IMG/VR virus record: IMGVR_UViG_3300011438_000025
Span: 1-37,344 of that record
Source: a virus
Lineage: Duplodnaviria; Caudoviricetes
Direction: 5' to 3' (one strand)
Length of the DNA: 37,344 nt
Shown here: positions 1-9,079 of the stretch, one piece after another
How the letters are laid out: each line of letters starts with the position of its first letter
Numbering within the stretch: the first letter of the stretch is position 1
Made by a program: the position numbers and the translations under genes
Notes under the pieces: generated by a model
Database searches by the model: none
What the model saw: the letters and a program-made list of their open reading frames with translations, nothing else
Told to the model about the DNA's origin: nothing

Positions 1-499
1 CGCCGACGTTCGAGGCGGTGTTGGTCTCTCCCGAGGTATGGGCGGCGATCGAGTCATCAACGTAGCCCTTCGTGGCGGCGTGGTAAGTGTTGGTGGGCGA
101 GCCGGAGAGCGTGAGGTAACCGCTCATGGTATCGCCGATGCGCAGCACGTAAGCCGGGAAAACGCGGAAGGTGCTGATCAGCTCGGTGAGGGTGTAAATC
201 GTGGAATCGTTCGGGACGCTGATGAGGAACGAGTCGCGCGTCTGGCCGCCGATGGTCACGCGGTAATCGCCGGTGCTCAGGACGATCGAGAATGCGCCGC
301 TGGAATCAGAGGTGGCGGTTTGTTGCGTGGAAGAGACGATGACGGTGGAATCTGTCACCGGGGTCGAGAGCGGGGAGAAGACGACCGTGGTGATGCGGCC
401 GGTGCCGGCGGGGGTGCGGATGGTGCCGGTGATGGTCGAAGCGAAGGCTGAAGGCTGAAGGCTGAAGGCTAAAACAAGACAGAGGAGCAGTAAGCGCAT
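1..499 (-). CDS. Partial virion/structural-type protein with N-terminal signal-peptide-like sequence (runs off left edge)
   Basis: Not in the ORF track; translated by hand from ATG at 499: MRLLLLCLVLAFSLQPSAFASTITGTIRTPAG...YVLRIGDTMSGYLTLSGSPTNTYHAATKGYVD, open to position 1. GDTMSG.L.L and AATKGYVD are tail-fibre-like motifs. TTGACT lies 18 nt upstream. Confidence 0.75.
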   Translation of the reverse strand, partial: MRLLLLCLVLAFSLQPSAFASTITGTIRTPAGTGRITTVVFSPLSTPVTDSTVIVSSTQQTATSDSSGAFSIVLSTGDYRVTIGGQTRDSFLISVPNDSTIYTLTELISTFRVFPAYVLRIGDTMSGYLTLSGSPTNTYHAATKGYVDDSIAAHTSGETNTASNVG

Positions 500-678
500 T
501 TATGCCGGAATGCGCGAAGTCAATCCCCCTTAGCCTTTAGCCTTTAGCCTTTAGCCTTTTTTCTCGAGCTTGGCGCGGAGCGTTTGCATCCATTTGCGCC
601 AGGAGAGTCGGCGCGGAGGGATGAGCGGTTGAAGCGGCCGCCGCGGGATGTCCACGTAAAGCACTGGACCGGACTTCT

Positions 679-2202
679 TCATTCGGCTGCGGGTGCCGGC
701 GCCTCTTCGGGCGGAGGCATGGGCAAATTGCCATTGGGAGTTGGCGCGCTCAAAAGGATAATCGCTTCCTGGATCGAGATGTCGAACTCGGCGGCGAGGT
801 CCTTCGCGCGTTGCAGGTCGCTGCGCACTTCCAGCATGCGCTGCGCGTCTACGTCCTCCCAGTACTGGCCGCGCCGGCTGCACGCTTCTTTGCGTGTCTT
901 GATGCCGTTGCGCATTTCCTGGATATCGATGTCCGACTCGTACTTGCGGTCCGCTGTGATTCGCGCGGGCCCTTGATATTCCCACATCCACCAGTCGGCG
1001 TCGGCAGGGAGCTCGCCGCGTTTGGTGGCTTTGCTGAGGCCGTAGCCGTCAACCCGTCGACAAACTTTACCGACCATGCGCTGACGTTTTTCAAGGACGG
1101 CGCAGATTTTATCCACGATGACGCGCATGGGCGCGCCGCCTACATGGCTCGGGTCGAGGCAAAAATCGAAAGACCATTCCAACCCCGCGAAGGCAGAGCG
1201 CACAATTCTGTCCTCGAAAGCTTGTTGGTTGCCTGTCGGGCGGTCCGCGCGGAAGGCCTCGATCTTCGAGCCCGAGCCGGCGCGGTATCGGCGGATTTCC
1301 CCGGTGAGCTTTTCCTTGGCGTTGGCGGTCTTGGCGCCGGTGTCGGCGTCGAACGTCGCGGCCGTCTTGAAGATCGCTTTGCTCTCATCGATGTCGCCGG
1401 TTTCATTGTTCTCGATCAGGTAAAGCGCGGCCGCGACTTTTTGGGCGACCAGCTCGAACTGTCGGCTTTCGGCCACATCCTGCCAATCAAACATTGCGCT
1501 GACGAGCGAGGGGAGGCCGCGCTTCTGGCCACGCACGATCGGCCAGAAGGAGAGGATCATGTTGCGGAAACTGACGTCGGTGTGAACGGTCGAGGAAGCC
1601 GAGTCATCGTTGTAAATGCGGGCGGCCAGGGGGCGGGTGTATTCGTCGACGATGATGCCGTCGATGATCGTGGCGCCGTCGTAGGGGCCGCCGCTGACAA
1701 TTTTCTCGCTGTTGCGGGTGACGATCAAGTGCGCCGGGATGACCTGGATCATCGGGTAGCCGTCGGGCGTCTCGGTCAGAATCACGCCGATATCCCCATC
1801 GACCAAATCGGCAATGATGAGGTGCTGCACGAACGTGTCGTAATCGTAGGGCGGTCCCTCGATGTCAAAAATCTTGTGCCACTCGAAAAGCCAGTTCTCC
1901 GCGGGGTCGCCGAAGCCGAGCTTGTTGCGGCCGTAATACTGCGGAATGAAACTTGAAACGGCGAGGTTGGCTTGCTCGAGGACGGCGCCTTGAATCGCGG
2001 GGAAGTTCCAGAACAGGTAACGGCTGATGCTCATCAAGGTGCGCCGGCCGTAACTGGAAATGTTGCGGTGGAAGTCGTGATCCAGAGCGGGGATGGCGGC
2101 GCGGTCGGTGTTCTGCGTGGCCGCGCGGACCAGGTTGTTGTTCGAGGAGGCGTAGCCGGAGGAAGAGCGGCGGTCGGTGAATTTGTAGGGCGCTTGGCTC
2201 AT
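679..2202 (-). CDS. Phage portal protein (lambda family)
   Basis: 507 aa, directly after terminase and gpW-like gene. Motifs DGDIGVI, IQVIPAHLI, DGIIVDEYTRPLA and GQKRGLP match lambda-type portals. Confidence 0.88.
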   Translation of the reverse strand: MSQAPYKFTDRRSSSGYASSNNNLVRAATQNTDRAAIPALDHDFHRNISSYGRRTLMSISRYLFWNFPAIQGAVLEQANLAVSSFIPQYYGRNKLGFGDPAENWLFEWHKIFDIEGPPYDYDTFVQHLIIADLVDGDIGVILTETPDGYPMIQVIPAHLIVTRNSEKIVSGGPYDGATIIDGIIVDEYTRPLAARIYNDDSASSTVHTDVSFRNMILSFWPIVRGQKRGLPSLVSAMFDWQDVAESRQFELVAQKVAAALYLIENNETGDIDESKAIFKTAATFDADTGAKTANAKEKLTGEIRRYRAGSGSKIEAFRADRPTGNQQAFEDRIVRSAFAGLEWSFDFCLDPSHVGGAPMRVIVDKICAVLEKRQRMVGKVCRRVDGYGLSKATKRGELPADADWWMWEYQGPARITADRKYESDIDIQEMRNGIKTRKEACSRRGQYWEDVDAQRMLEVRSDLQRAKDLAAEFDISIQEAIILLSAPTPNGNLPMPPPEEAPAPAAE

Positions 2203-2251
2203 GGGAAAAGGCTGGGGAAAAGGCTGAAGGCTAAAGGCTGAAGGCTAAAAT

Positions 2252-2506
2252 TCATGAGAAGGCGACGCCGGTGCGTTCGTTCCTCGTTACCTGGTCGATG
2301 GGATATTTCTCGGGGTCGAGCTTGTTGAGGGCGCGCAGGATTTGTTCGATCCGTTTTTCCAGGCTGCCCATCGTCTGCCGCTGCGAACTCACGTCGCCCA
2401 TGCCGGCGCCCACGATCGCGGTCATCTCCATGTAATCCTCTTGCGCGCTCAAAAGCGCGGCCTCGAGGGATTCTTGGGATTGACCCAGAAGATAGTTGAT
2501 CGACAT
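2252..2506 (-). CDS. gpW-like head-tail joining protein
   Basis: 84 aa helical protein between large terminase and portal (lambda A-W-B order). Start moved to ATG 2506 because the track's TTG start at 2527 is part of the TTGACT motif. Confidence 0.55.
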   Translation of the reverse strand: MSINYLLGQSQESLEAALLSAQEDYMEMTAIVGAGMGDVSSQRQTMGSLEKRIEQILRALNKLDPEKYPIDQVTRNERTGVAFS

Positions 2507-2649
2507 TGGCGATGAAGCCAAAGTCAATTCCCCCCCCGTGTCAGGACAGCGGAGGCCTCAATCAAAACGCCTCATATCGAAACGTCGTGCGTTATTTTTG
2601 GCCAAACTCGCAGGATAGGACTGCGCTCCCCCCCTTTAGCCTTCAGCCT

Positions 2650-4461
2650 TCAGCCTTCAGCCTTCTCTTCGAGCATATCCGGCAAAATATCCGTCAGCGT
2701 CGCGCAGAGCACCTGCATCGCTCCGCAGTCGCGGGCGTGGTTGTTCCCCGAGGGACACACCCACACATGCTTGATCACGTGCGTGAATTTGTTCTCTTTG
2801 CGTTTCTTGTACTCGCTGGCCATCTGGCGGCGGTATTCCTTCTCGAGCTCCGTTTCGTCCAGGCCCGCGGGGCCGATCCATTTGCCGTTATCGATGATGG
2901 CTTGGAGGCGGTCGCCCATCGTCGGGCGGGAGAAGCGGATCAAGGGCGCCTGGCGGCGGCCGCTGCCGGCGGCGCCGCTCTCGGGATCGCCATAGACAAG
3001 CTCGGCGTAACTGTGTTGCACTTTCTTGCCGCTCTTGGTGCGGTGAAAGAAGAAGACTTCCTCGCCGCTCTCGCCGGCGACGCCCTTGGCCGCGATCCAG
3101 CCGTAGCGAATGCAGGCGGCGTAAACGCCGTTGTCGCCCTTGGGCTTGAACCCTGAATCGATGCAATGATGATTGCGCTGGACCTTGTGCTTCTCGCGGA
3201 TCTCCTCGAGCTCTGCGAACGAATAGGCTTTGCCAAACGCCAGGCGCCGGACCTCGGGCGCGCGGGACCACGCACAGACGACATACCAAAACACGTCTTC
3301 TTCCTGGCGGTCCGACGTCATGAAACAGCCGGCTTCGTCGGGCCACGTGCAGTCGACCTCATATACGGCGCTGGCGAAGGCGCGGGAGTTTTCCATGAGG
3401 CCGCGTTCGCTCTTGGGCTCGGCCGGATATTTCTGAAAGAATTGGATGAGCGGGGTCGCCACGCCCTTTTTGTAGGCGTTCATCGAGCTGAGGAAATCTT
3501 CGACCAGCAATGCCCAGGAGCGGGTGATGAGCGCCGAATAGTGGAAACTCTTGTGGGCGCGCAGGGCGTCGTGATTCTGCGTGAGATACTTGCCGGTGCG
3601 GTTCCATTCGGAGCGGTTGCGCGTGGTGTCGATGTGGGGGTGGCCGCATTTCTCGCACTCGAAACGGATGGTGGGAATCGCTTTGGGGATGTCCCAGAGG
3701 CCGGAGGGAAGTTTGTGCACGTCCCACACCAGGCCCCAGCGCGTTCCATCGGCGCGGTGATGGGACCAGAGGGTATCCATGTAGTGATCGCATTTCTCGC
3801 ACTTCACGAACCATTCGTCCTGGGAGCCGGCGCGTTGGAGTGTATCCTGGTCGTCGTCCTCTGTGCCGCCTTGGGAGATGTTTAGAACTTTCGAGTTGCG
3901 TAATTCCTCAAAGTCTCCGAGGCGGCCCATCGCTTCCTTGTGGCGGCCGGCTTCCCAGCCCCAGAGCTCATCGTTGACCATGTAGCGGACGCCCTTGCCC
4001 TGGAGATTTGAAACGGCGCTCCCTTGCACGTAGAGCGGCATGCCGTTGCTGAAGATAACTTCGCCGGTTTTCTTGTGGTGGCGATTGGCGGGGAAGAGCG
4101 CGTCGACGGGCGGACAGTTTTCCAGGACGAAGAGCAGGCGCGATTCCCAGTGTTGATCGGCCATCTCGTCTTTCCACCAGTTGAACATCATCGGGCCGGG
4201 GTCGTTGGCGATGATCCAGGGCAGCCAGATGTCGGCCAGCAGTGTCTTCCCCCCGCGGACGGGCGCGCGGACGGTGACGGTCCGCACGTGATCGTCTCCC
4301 AACGCATCGAACGGGCCGATCAGATGGCGCGAGTCTTCGACGCGGAAAAGCCCGGTGCGTGTCAGGACGGGCGGGAGGGTGACGTGTTCAGCGGCCCATT
4401 CGTAAATCGGCCGGCGGTCGGGTGTGGAATAGGCGGAGGCGAAGGAGGCGCGCAGGGACAC
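2650..4461 (-). CDS. Terminase large subunit (lambda GpA family)
   Basis: 603 aa. Walker A APVRGGKT, Walker B YMVNDE, CxxC pairs (CEKC twice), nuclease motifs IDSGF and NHARDC. Confidence 0.92.
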   Translation of the reverse strand: MSLRASFASAYSTPDRRPIYEWAAEHVTLPPVLTRTGLFRVEDSRHLIGPFDALGDDHVRTVTVRAPVRGGKTLLADIWLPWIIANDPGPMMFNWWKDEMADQHWESRLLFVLENCPPVDALFPANRHHKKTGEVIFSNGMPLYVQGSAVSNLQGKGVRYMVNDELWGWEAGRHKEAMGRLGDFEELRNSKVLNISQGGTEDDDQDTLQRAGSQDEWFVKCEKCDHYMDTLWSHHRADGTRWGLVWDVHKLPSGLWDIPKAIPTIRFECEKCGHPHIDTTRNRSEWNRTGKYLTQNHDALRAHKSFHYSALITRSWALLVEDFLSSMNAYKKGVATPLIQFFQKYPAEPKSERGLMENSRAFASAVYEVDCTWPDEAGCFMTSDRQEEDVFWYVVCAWSRAPEVRRLAFGKAYSFAELEEIREKHKVQRNHHCIDSGFKPKGDNGVYAACIRYGWIAAKGVAGESGEEVFFFHRTKSGKKVQHSYAELVYGDPESGAAGSGRRQAPLIRFSRPTMGDRLQAIIDNGKWIGPAGLDETELEKEYRRQMASEYKKRKENKFTHVIKHVWVCPSGNNHARDCGAMQVLCATLTDILPDMLEEKAEG

Positions 4462-4572
4462 GCAGGAGGGGCGGAGTCAAAGGCTAAAGGCTAAATTCTA
4501 AAGGCTGAAGTTCCCGATCAAAGACGTTTTAGCCTTTAGCTTTTAGCCTTCAGCCTTTAACTTCCCTCCCCT

Positions 4573-4707
4573 ATGCCAAAACAAACAAAGCAAAACACGG
4601 GCGGTAAAGGCGGCGGCGGCAATTCAACCAAGTCTGCGATGACCAAGGGCAAGGGCAACGGGGGCGGTAAGGCATCGCGCCCGACCGGATCGAAGACGGA
4701 GCGGTAA
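4573..4707 (+). CDS. Small Gly/Lys-rich basic protein (44 aa), opposite strand between terminase genes
   Basis: Hand translation: MPKQTKQNTGGKGGGGNSTKSAMTKGKGNGGGKASRPTGSKTER*. It fills the gap between two repeat arrays. Confidence 0.5.
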   Translation: MPKQTKQNTGGKGGGGNSTKSAMTKGKGNGGGKASRPTGSKTER

Positions 4708-4744
4708 CCGTGAACCGCGGAACCGCGGAACCCCGGAACCTCAG

Positions 4745-5200
4745 CTAGTCTTTCCATTTTTCCACGAGCTGCCTCATCTGAGAGCAGATCTCGTCCACCA
4801 ATCTCTTCCCGTAAACCCGGGCTTGCGCTGGGTCCATGCCCGCCACTGCGGTGGGGTATTCGTTTTCGAGACGCTGTCGAAGGATTTTAAGTTGCCCGGC
4901 GGCAATCTCGTGCAGCCGTTGCTCGACCGTCGCGGTGAGGATTAGCGTTCCTGCGTTGCGGTCGTTTAGAAGCTTCAGCTTTCGGTGTGATTCGAACTTA
5001 ACCTTGTCCCCCATCTGGGTCTCGCTGCGCTCCTGGTAATATTTGAAGCAACCTTGGATCGTCGCGACGAATTGATATTTCCCACGCACGGGCGGGGGGA
5101 AATAGCCGTCATGCGCGAGCTGGCGGTGCCGTCGGTCGGTGAGATGCGTGAGATTGCAGAGCTGCGTGGAGGCGATGGTGCCGGGGGACGTGTCGGCCAT
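4745..5200 (-). CDS. Terminase small subunit (Nu1-like)
   Basis: 151 aa upstream of TerL. N-terminal winged HTH (QLCNLTHLTDRRHRQLAHDGYFP..RGKY) followed by coiled coil. Confidence 0.8.
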   Translation of the reverse strand: MADTSPGTIASTQLCNLTHLTDRRHRQLAHDGYFPPPVRGKYQFVATIQGCFKYYQERSETQMGDKVKFESHRKLKLLNDRNAGTLILTATVEQRLHEIAAGQLKILRQRLENEYPTAVAGMDPAQARVYGKRLVDEICSQMRQLVEKWKD

Positions 5201-5223
5201 GAGGCCAACAGGCGCTCAGTCAA

Positions 5224-5385
5224 TCAGAGCAGCTTGGGAGTTTTGCCCGTGGCGTCGGCAAAGCGTTGCAGCGTGACGGCGACGTATGCCGGTGAGATTT
5301 CCATCCCATAACAACGGCGCTTGAGATTCTCGCAGGCGATCAAGGTGGTGCCGGAACCCAGGAAGGTTTTGGGAGTTTTCTTCAT
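5224..5385 (-). pseudogene. Truncated N4/N6 DNA methyltransferase remnant (53 aa)
   Basis: Hand translation: MKKTPKTFLGSGTTLIACENLKRRCYGMEISPAYVAVTLQRFADATGKTPKLL*. It has SAM-binding motif I (FxGSGTT) and the usual C-terminus but no catalytic DPPY/SPPY motif. Confidence 0.75.
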
Positions 5386-5544
5386 TTTGAAACTGAAATG
5401 CCCTTTTTGCCCTCTTCATAAAAATCTACCGAAATGGCGCGGTAACCCGTTCCTGCGGCCGGCGAATAGATTCCTTGACGGGCGGGGCGGCACCAATAGC
5501 GCATACCAGGGGCGGCTGGGGAGCGTGCGGTGGCGTGCCAAGGG

Positions 5545-6198
5545 TCACAATTGTGAGTGGATATCTATGATTGGTTGGAGCTCGAGGCGCATGGCACTGC
5601 GACGGGGCTTAGGCCAGGTGGGGATGGGTGAGGCTAAGACCTGTTGGCGTAGGTAGCGTACCATGGACAAGGCTGATGATCTGAGGTTGAAGGTGAATAA
5701 GCTCTTGCTCTTGGTCTTACCCTTGCCCTTGTACGCACGGCGCATGTTGTCCTTGGCTTCCTGTGAGCGCATACACCTGGTCTTGCGTAGGTCCAGCATC
5801 TCGTGGATGCGACGATCACGTTGCTGGAAGGCTTGCTTGCTGATGCCTAGCTCTTTTGCGATTTGAGGCATGGAGATGCCAGAGCTTACATACCCGCCCG
5901 TGGCCCAATCGACTTGCATGGCCATTGCTCTGGGGTTGTCACTATCGAGGATTAAAATGATCGTGGCGGAAACGGCGTCGGCGCGGCCTAAGGCCACGGC
6001 GCGCTCAATTATTTTGTGCAACCGCGGGCGCATGTCGACGTCGAGATGAACGCACTCGGTGAGCAATTCCTCATCTGAATCGAGGGCGGAATAATCGAAG
6101 TCAGCGGTGGCGACGGGGACGGAACATTCTCCTCCCTTTGGGCTCGAACTGGATTCAAAGCCTATGTGCGGAGATCCTCCGGAGTGTTCTGTGGGCAT
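5545..6198 (-). CDS. HTH DNA-binding protein, candidate late-gene regulator (sigma region 4-like HTH)
   Basis: 217 aa with ISMPQIAKELGISKQAFQQR helix-turn-helix, located just upstream of the packaging genes. Confidence 0.6.
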   Translation of the reverse strand: MPTEHSGGSPHIGFESSSSPKGGECSVPVATADFDYSALDSDEELLTECVHLDVDMRPRLHKIIERAVALGRADAVSATIILILDSDNPRAMAMQVDWATGGYVSSGISMPQIAKELGISKQAFQQRDRRIHEMLDLRKTRCMRSQEAKDNMRRAYKGKGKTKSKSLFTFNLRSSALSMVRYLRQQVLASPIPTWPKPRRSAMRLELQPIIDIHSQL

Positions 6199-6278
6199 GC
6201 AGGCAGGAGCTTAGTCAATAAGCCACCGCCTGAATCCTACCTCCTTTGTTCGACCAACAAGAGGTTATTCGGCAACGA

Positions 6279-6914
6279 TCACTTCACGATTTGGCGCTTC
6301 TTTACGACGGCTTCCAGTGTCTTCTTCTTCTCTTCGTCGGCTTTATCCATATCGCTGATGATCTGTTTAAGCACTTCACGCGGAATTTGGGCGTTCTTGC
6401 GAACAAACAATATGCCACCGAGCACGAACCACGGCGGACGGACAAATATTTCAGGTCCCTTCTGAGCCTTTTCTCTGAGAAGTTGCTCCTGTTCCTCGAT
6501 AGGGACCTGACCTCTTTTGGGGTCGATCGCCAGCTTCGATTCCTTTTGCTTCATGGTCGCCAAAGACTTGACGACTGTTCGCGTCTTGTTCCCGACGATC
6601 TCGACTACCCTGACGCCTTCTTTCTCCATACGGCGCTGCTCCTCGATGGGCGCTTTCATCGCACGGGTTATCGCAGGGGAATCCATTGCAAGGAATTCAG
6701 GGATGACTAGGCCGCGTCCGACGTTTTCCATGAGATCGAGCACGAAATCTTTAACGCCTTGCTCGCGCATGTGTCCGCGCAGCTCTCCGGGTTCAAACTC
6801 GTTGATGGCTTTTACGTAGCGCTTGCACAGCTCTGTGTGCAACTGGCCGATTGCTTTTAATTCCTCAACGAATTTGCTAGCCGTCTGTTTGCTGGTTTTG
6901 ATCAGTTCTTTCAT
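6279..6914 (-). CDS. Hypothetical phage protein
   Basis: 211 aa charged helical ORF with ATGA overlap with the upstream gene. Confidence 0.7.
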   Translation of the reverse strand: MKELIKTSKQTASKFVEELKAIGQLHTELCKRYVKAINEFEPGELRGHMREQGVKDFVLDLMENVGRGLVIPEFLAMDSPAITRAMKAPIEEQRRMEKEGVRVVEIVGNKTRTVVKSLATMKQKESKLAIDPKRGQVPIEEQEQLLREKAQKGPEIFVRPPWFVLGGILFVRKNAQIPREVLKQIISDMDKADEEKKKTLEAVVKKRQIVK

Positions 6915-7681
6915 GTGTTGTTTTGGATTGAGTTAAGGGCATTGATAGCGAAATTCAGGTCAGCGAGGCGTCGTCGAGCAGCACGCTTTCGACGAGCAAT
7001 AAGCGCGCGCTGACTCCTCAATTCTCGAACTCTTTCAGGATGGCGAGCTCTATAAAGAAATCTATGAAGCTCTCGTTTCTCTGGATATTTCTGACTCCAA
7101 GCGCGCATCCGGCAAGCTGCGCACTTTTTCTTTCCAGGGACAGCACGCTTACCGCAGTCGCAGAGTCTTTCTCTCTCCTGCGCTTTTAGAAAAGCGCGTG
7201 TTGCCATCTTCGCCTCGCGGACTACTTGTTCCGCTGCGAGCTTCATCTCTTCGCACTTCGGACAGAAATGCTTTCCACTCCCTCGATCAGCCCACAATTC
7301 TGGGTGAACCATCATCGCAGTGATCGCGTATTTTCCGCGTCGTTGTCCGGGCGGCATCACTGCACCGCAGCCTTTGCAAGCACGTGGGCGCTTGAGCCGC
7401 TGTCGCCTATTTACCACGCTTCTTTTGATTGGGTCATGGATCTGTCGTCTGGCTTTCTGCCTGGCCCTTTCTGGATTCCTCCAATACCAGAGCTTGTTCG
7501 CCTCTCTTGCCTTCTCTCTAGCCCTTTCTGGATTCCTCCAATATGCGCGTTGGGCTCGCTCTCGTTGTTGCTGCCTAAACTTTTCTGGATCTCGCAATCT
7601 CTTACGCCTTCTTCGGCACCTCAAACAACACCCTGATCTCTGAGGCACGCACTCACACAAACTTGGCTGTGAGGCGCTCAT
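6911..7681 (-). CDS. Arg-rich protein with several CxxC motifs, putative nucleic-acid binding
   Basis: 256 aa. Motifs CLRC, CKGC, CPKC, CAAC; duplicated YWRNPERAR(E/Q)KAR. No HNH catalytic motif seen. Confidence 0.6.
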   Translation of the reverse strand: MSASQPSLCECVPQRSGCCLRCRRRRKRLRDPEKFRQQQRERAQRAYWRNPERAREKAREANKLWYWRNPERARQKARRQIHDPIKRSVVNRRQRLKRPRACKGCGAVMPPGQRRGKYAITAMMVHPELWADRGSGKHFCPKCEEMKLAAEQVVREAKMATRAFLKAQERERLCDCGKRAVPGKKKCAACRMRAWSQKYPEKRELHRFLYRARHPERVRELRSQRALIARRKRAARRRLADLNFAINALNSIQNNT

Positions 7682-7686
7682 AGGTG

Positions 7687-7927
7687 TGGGACGATTTGGG
7701 ACGATTTTGAGGGGCTAAATCGGGTTTTGGAGGGGGTTTTCGAGCTCTCCGAAATTGCGCTAAAAACGCTGTAACGCGCGTAAACCCTAGGGAATAAGGC
7801 AGATTCGGGCAGCGCGATCAGCAGGAGCGTATAGGGTGGGGAACCCTTCGAAGAATTCACGAAAGCCCTATGTTTATTAGCGAAATTCAAGGGGGAGGAT
7901 ATTTTGTGTGACAGTTTTGGGACGAAT
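7687..7927. other. Putative attP region with integrase arm-type repeats
   Basis: TGGGACGATT tandem at 7687 and 7697; related TGTGACAGTT at 7907 and TGGGACGAAT at 7918. These flank a ~170-bp non-coding stretch at the integrase 3' end. Confidence 0.55.
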
Positions 7928-9061
7928 TTCGAACCATTTCCGCGCTTCCTCGGGGGTCGTCAATTCAAGATAGCTTTTGTGGATCACGCTCGGACTGTTG
8001 CCGGCCTCCAGCGCCACTTGGGCGATATCCTTGATCAACGCTAGGCGGTAGGAAATGAAGCTGTGGCGAAGACCGTTGATCTCCCAGGGGAAGCCGAGCT
8101 GGCGCGCAAGGGCGGTTTTAAGCGCGCTTGGGTTGCTGTGGCCGCAGACCTCGCGGGTGAGTTCAGACCAGGGCAGGAGCCATTCGGCCAGGTTCGGCAA
8201 AATGGGCACGGTGCGGGTGCGGCTGGTCTTGGTGATCTCGCTCGAAAGGTAGATGTAACCCTTCTCCCATTTGAAAGCGCTCCACTTGATGCGCTGGATT
8301 TCTTCGCTGCGCAATCCGGCGAAGGCGCCGATCGCCAGCACGGGCAGAAAGCTGTTTTTGCATTCTGTGAGCAAGAGGCGCATTTGCTCCGGCGTGAAGA
8401 GGCGGACCGCGCGGCTTTTCAATTGCACCGGATGAATGCCCTTGAGCTCCTCCCACTCCGCTGGCAAATATTTGCGCTCATTGGCGAACTGAAACAGGGA
8501 GGCCAGCGCGCCGCGGTAATTGTTCCAGGTGCGGGCGCCCACATTGAGCCCGTTGAGCCAGGCCACCAGCTCGGGCCGGCGCACACGGTTGATGGGCAAT
8601 TGGAAATCCGAGGCGAAGCGGCCCAGGCGGGTGTCGAGGTCGCGCAGATGATAGCTGCTCAACTGCTGGCGCTTTTTCTCGGCAAGGAAATCTTCAAGGA
8701 CAGTGCTGACCAGCGGGCTATCGGCCAGGCGCTGGGCGGTGTCGACAAGCCACCTGGCCCTACACTCTTTCGCCGCATCGATGATATCCTTGTCCGTGCC
8801 TTCAAGAATTCGGTTGGCTTCCTCGGCCTTCCAGGCTTGCACATCGTTCAGGCGGAATTTGGCGCTGCTGCCGTTGGCCATCATGACGGCGCGCTGCTGA
8901 GCATAGAGCAGCGCGGCGGGTTTGCTCGTGAATTTGCGGCGGTGGGTGTGGCGACGGCCGCCGAAATGATCGCGCACTTCGTAGCGGATTTTCCCGCGCC
9001 ACATCGAGGGATAGATCTTCACGCGGACGCTGCCCGCGCGGATGGCGATGGGGGCGCTCAT
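7877..9061 (-). CDS. int: Tyrosine recombinase / phage integrase
   Basis: 394 aa. Catalytic motifs AGLRSEE, TKT, LRHSF, AGNS, HKSY. No IntI-specific insertion visible. Confidence 0.93.
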   Translation of the reverse strand: MSAPIAIRAGSVRVKIYPSMWRGKIRYEVRDHFGGRRHTHRRKFTSKPAALLYAQQRAVMMANGSSAKFRLNDVQAWKAEEANRILEGTDKDIIDAAKECRARWLVDTAQRLADSPLVSTVLEDFLAEKKRQQLSSYHLRDLDTRLGRFASDFQLPINRVRRPELVAWLNGLNVGARTWNNYRGALASLFQFANERKYLPAEWEELKGIHPVQLKSRAVRLFTPEQMRLLLTECKNSFLPVLAIGAFAGLRSEEIQRIKWSAFKWEKGYIYLSSEITKTSRTRTVPILPNLAEWLLPWSELTREVCGHSNPSALKTALARQLGFPWEINGLRHSFISYRLALIKDIAQVALEAGNSPSVIHKSYLELTTPEEARKWFEIRPKTVTQNILPLEFR

Positions 9062-9079
9062 TTCCGAAGTTGATTGACT

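Noticed and set aside
811-1956. 381-aa plus-strand ORF, and similar ones at 8063-9073, 17554-18393 and 29659-30798
   Set aside because: Each lies wholly opposite a well-supported gene and looks like a codon-bias shadow.
5420-5540. cos site upstream of terS
   Set aside because: The position suits a GpA-type terminase, but no cosN symmetry or R-site repeats could be identified by eye.
6911-7681. HNH endonuclease call
   Set aside because: It has the Arg-rich repeats and CxxC motifs seen in such proteins, but no HNH catalytic motif was found.
7700-7880. tRNA fragment as att core
   Set aside because: No T-arm (GTTCGA.TC) or CCA-end pattern was recognisable.
7877-9061. Integrase as the integron integrase for the cassette array
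   Set aside because: It has an N-terminal arm-binding-like region and adjacent arm repeats, lacks a visible IntI-specific insertion, and lies far from the putative entry site.
9074-9079. TTGACT next to the integrase start
   Set aside because: It is on the opposite strand relative to the integrase, so it was not counted with the late motif.
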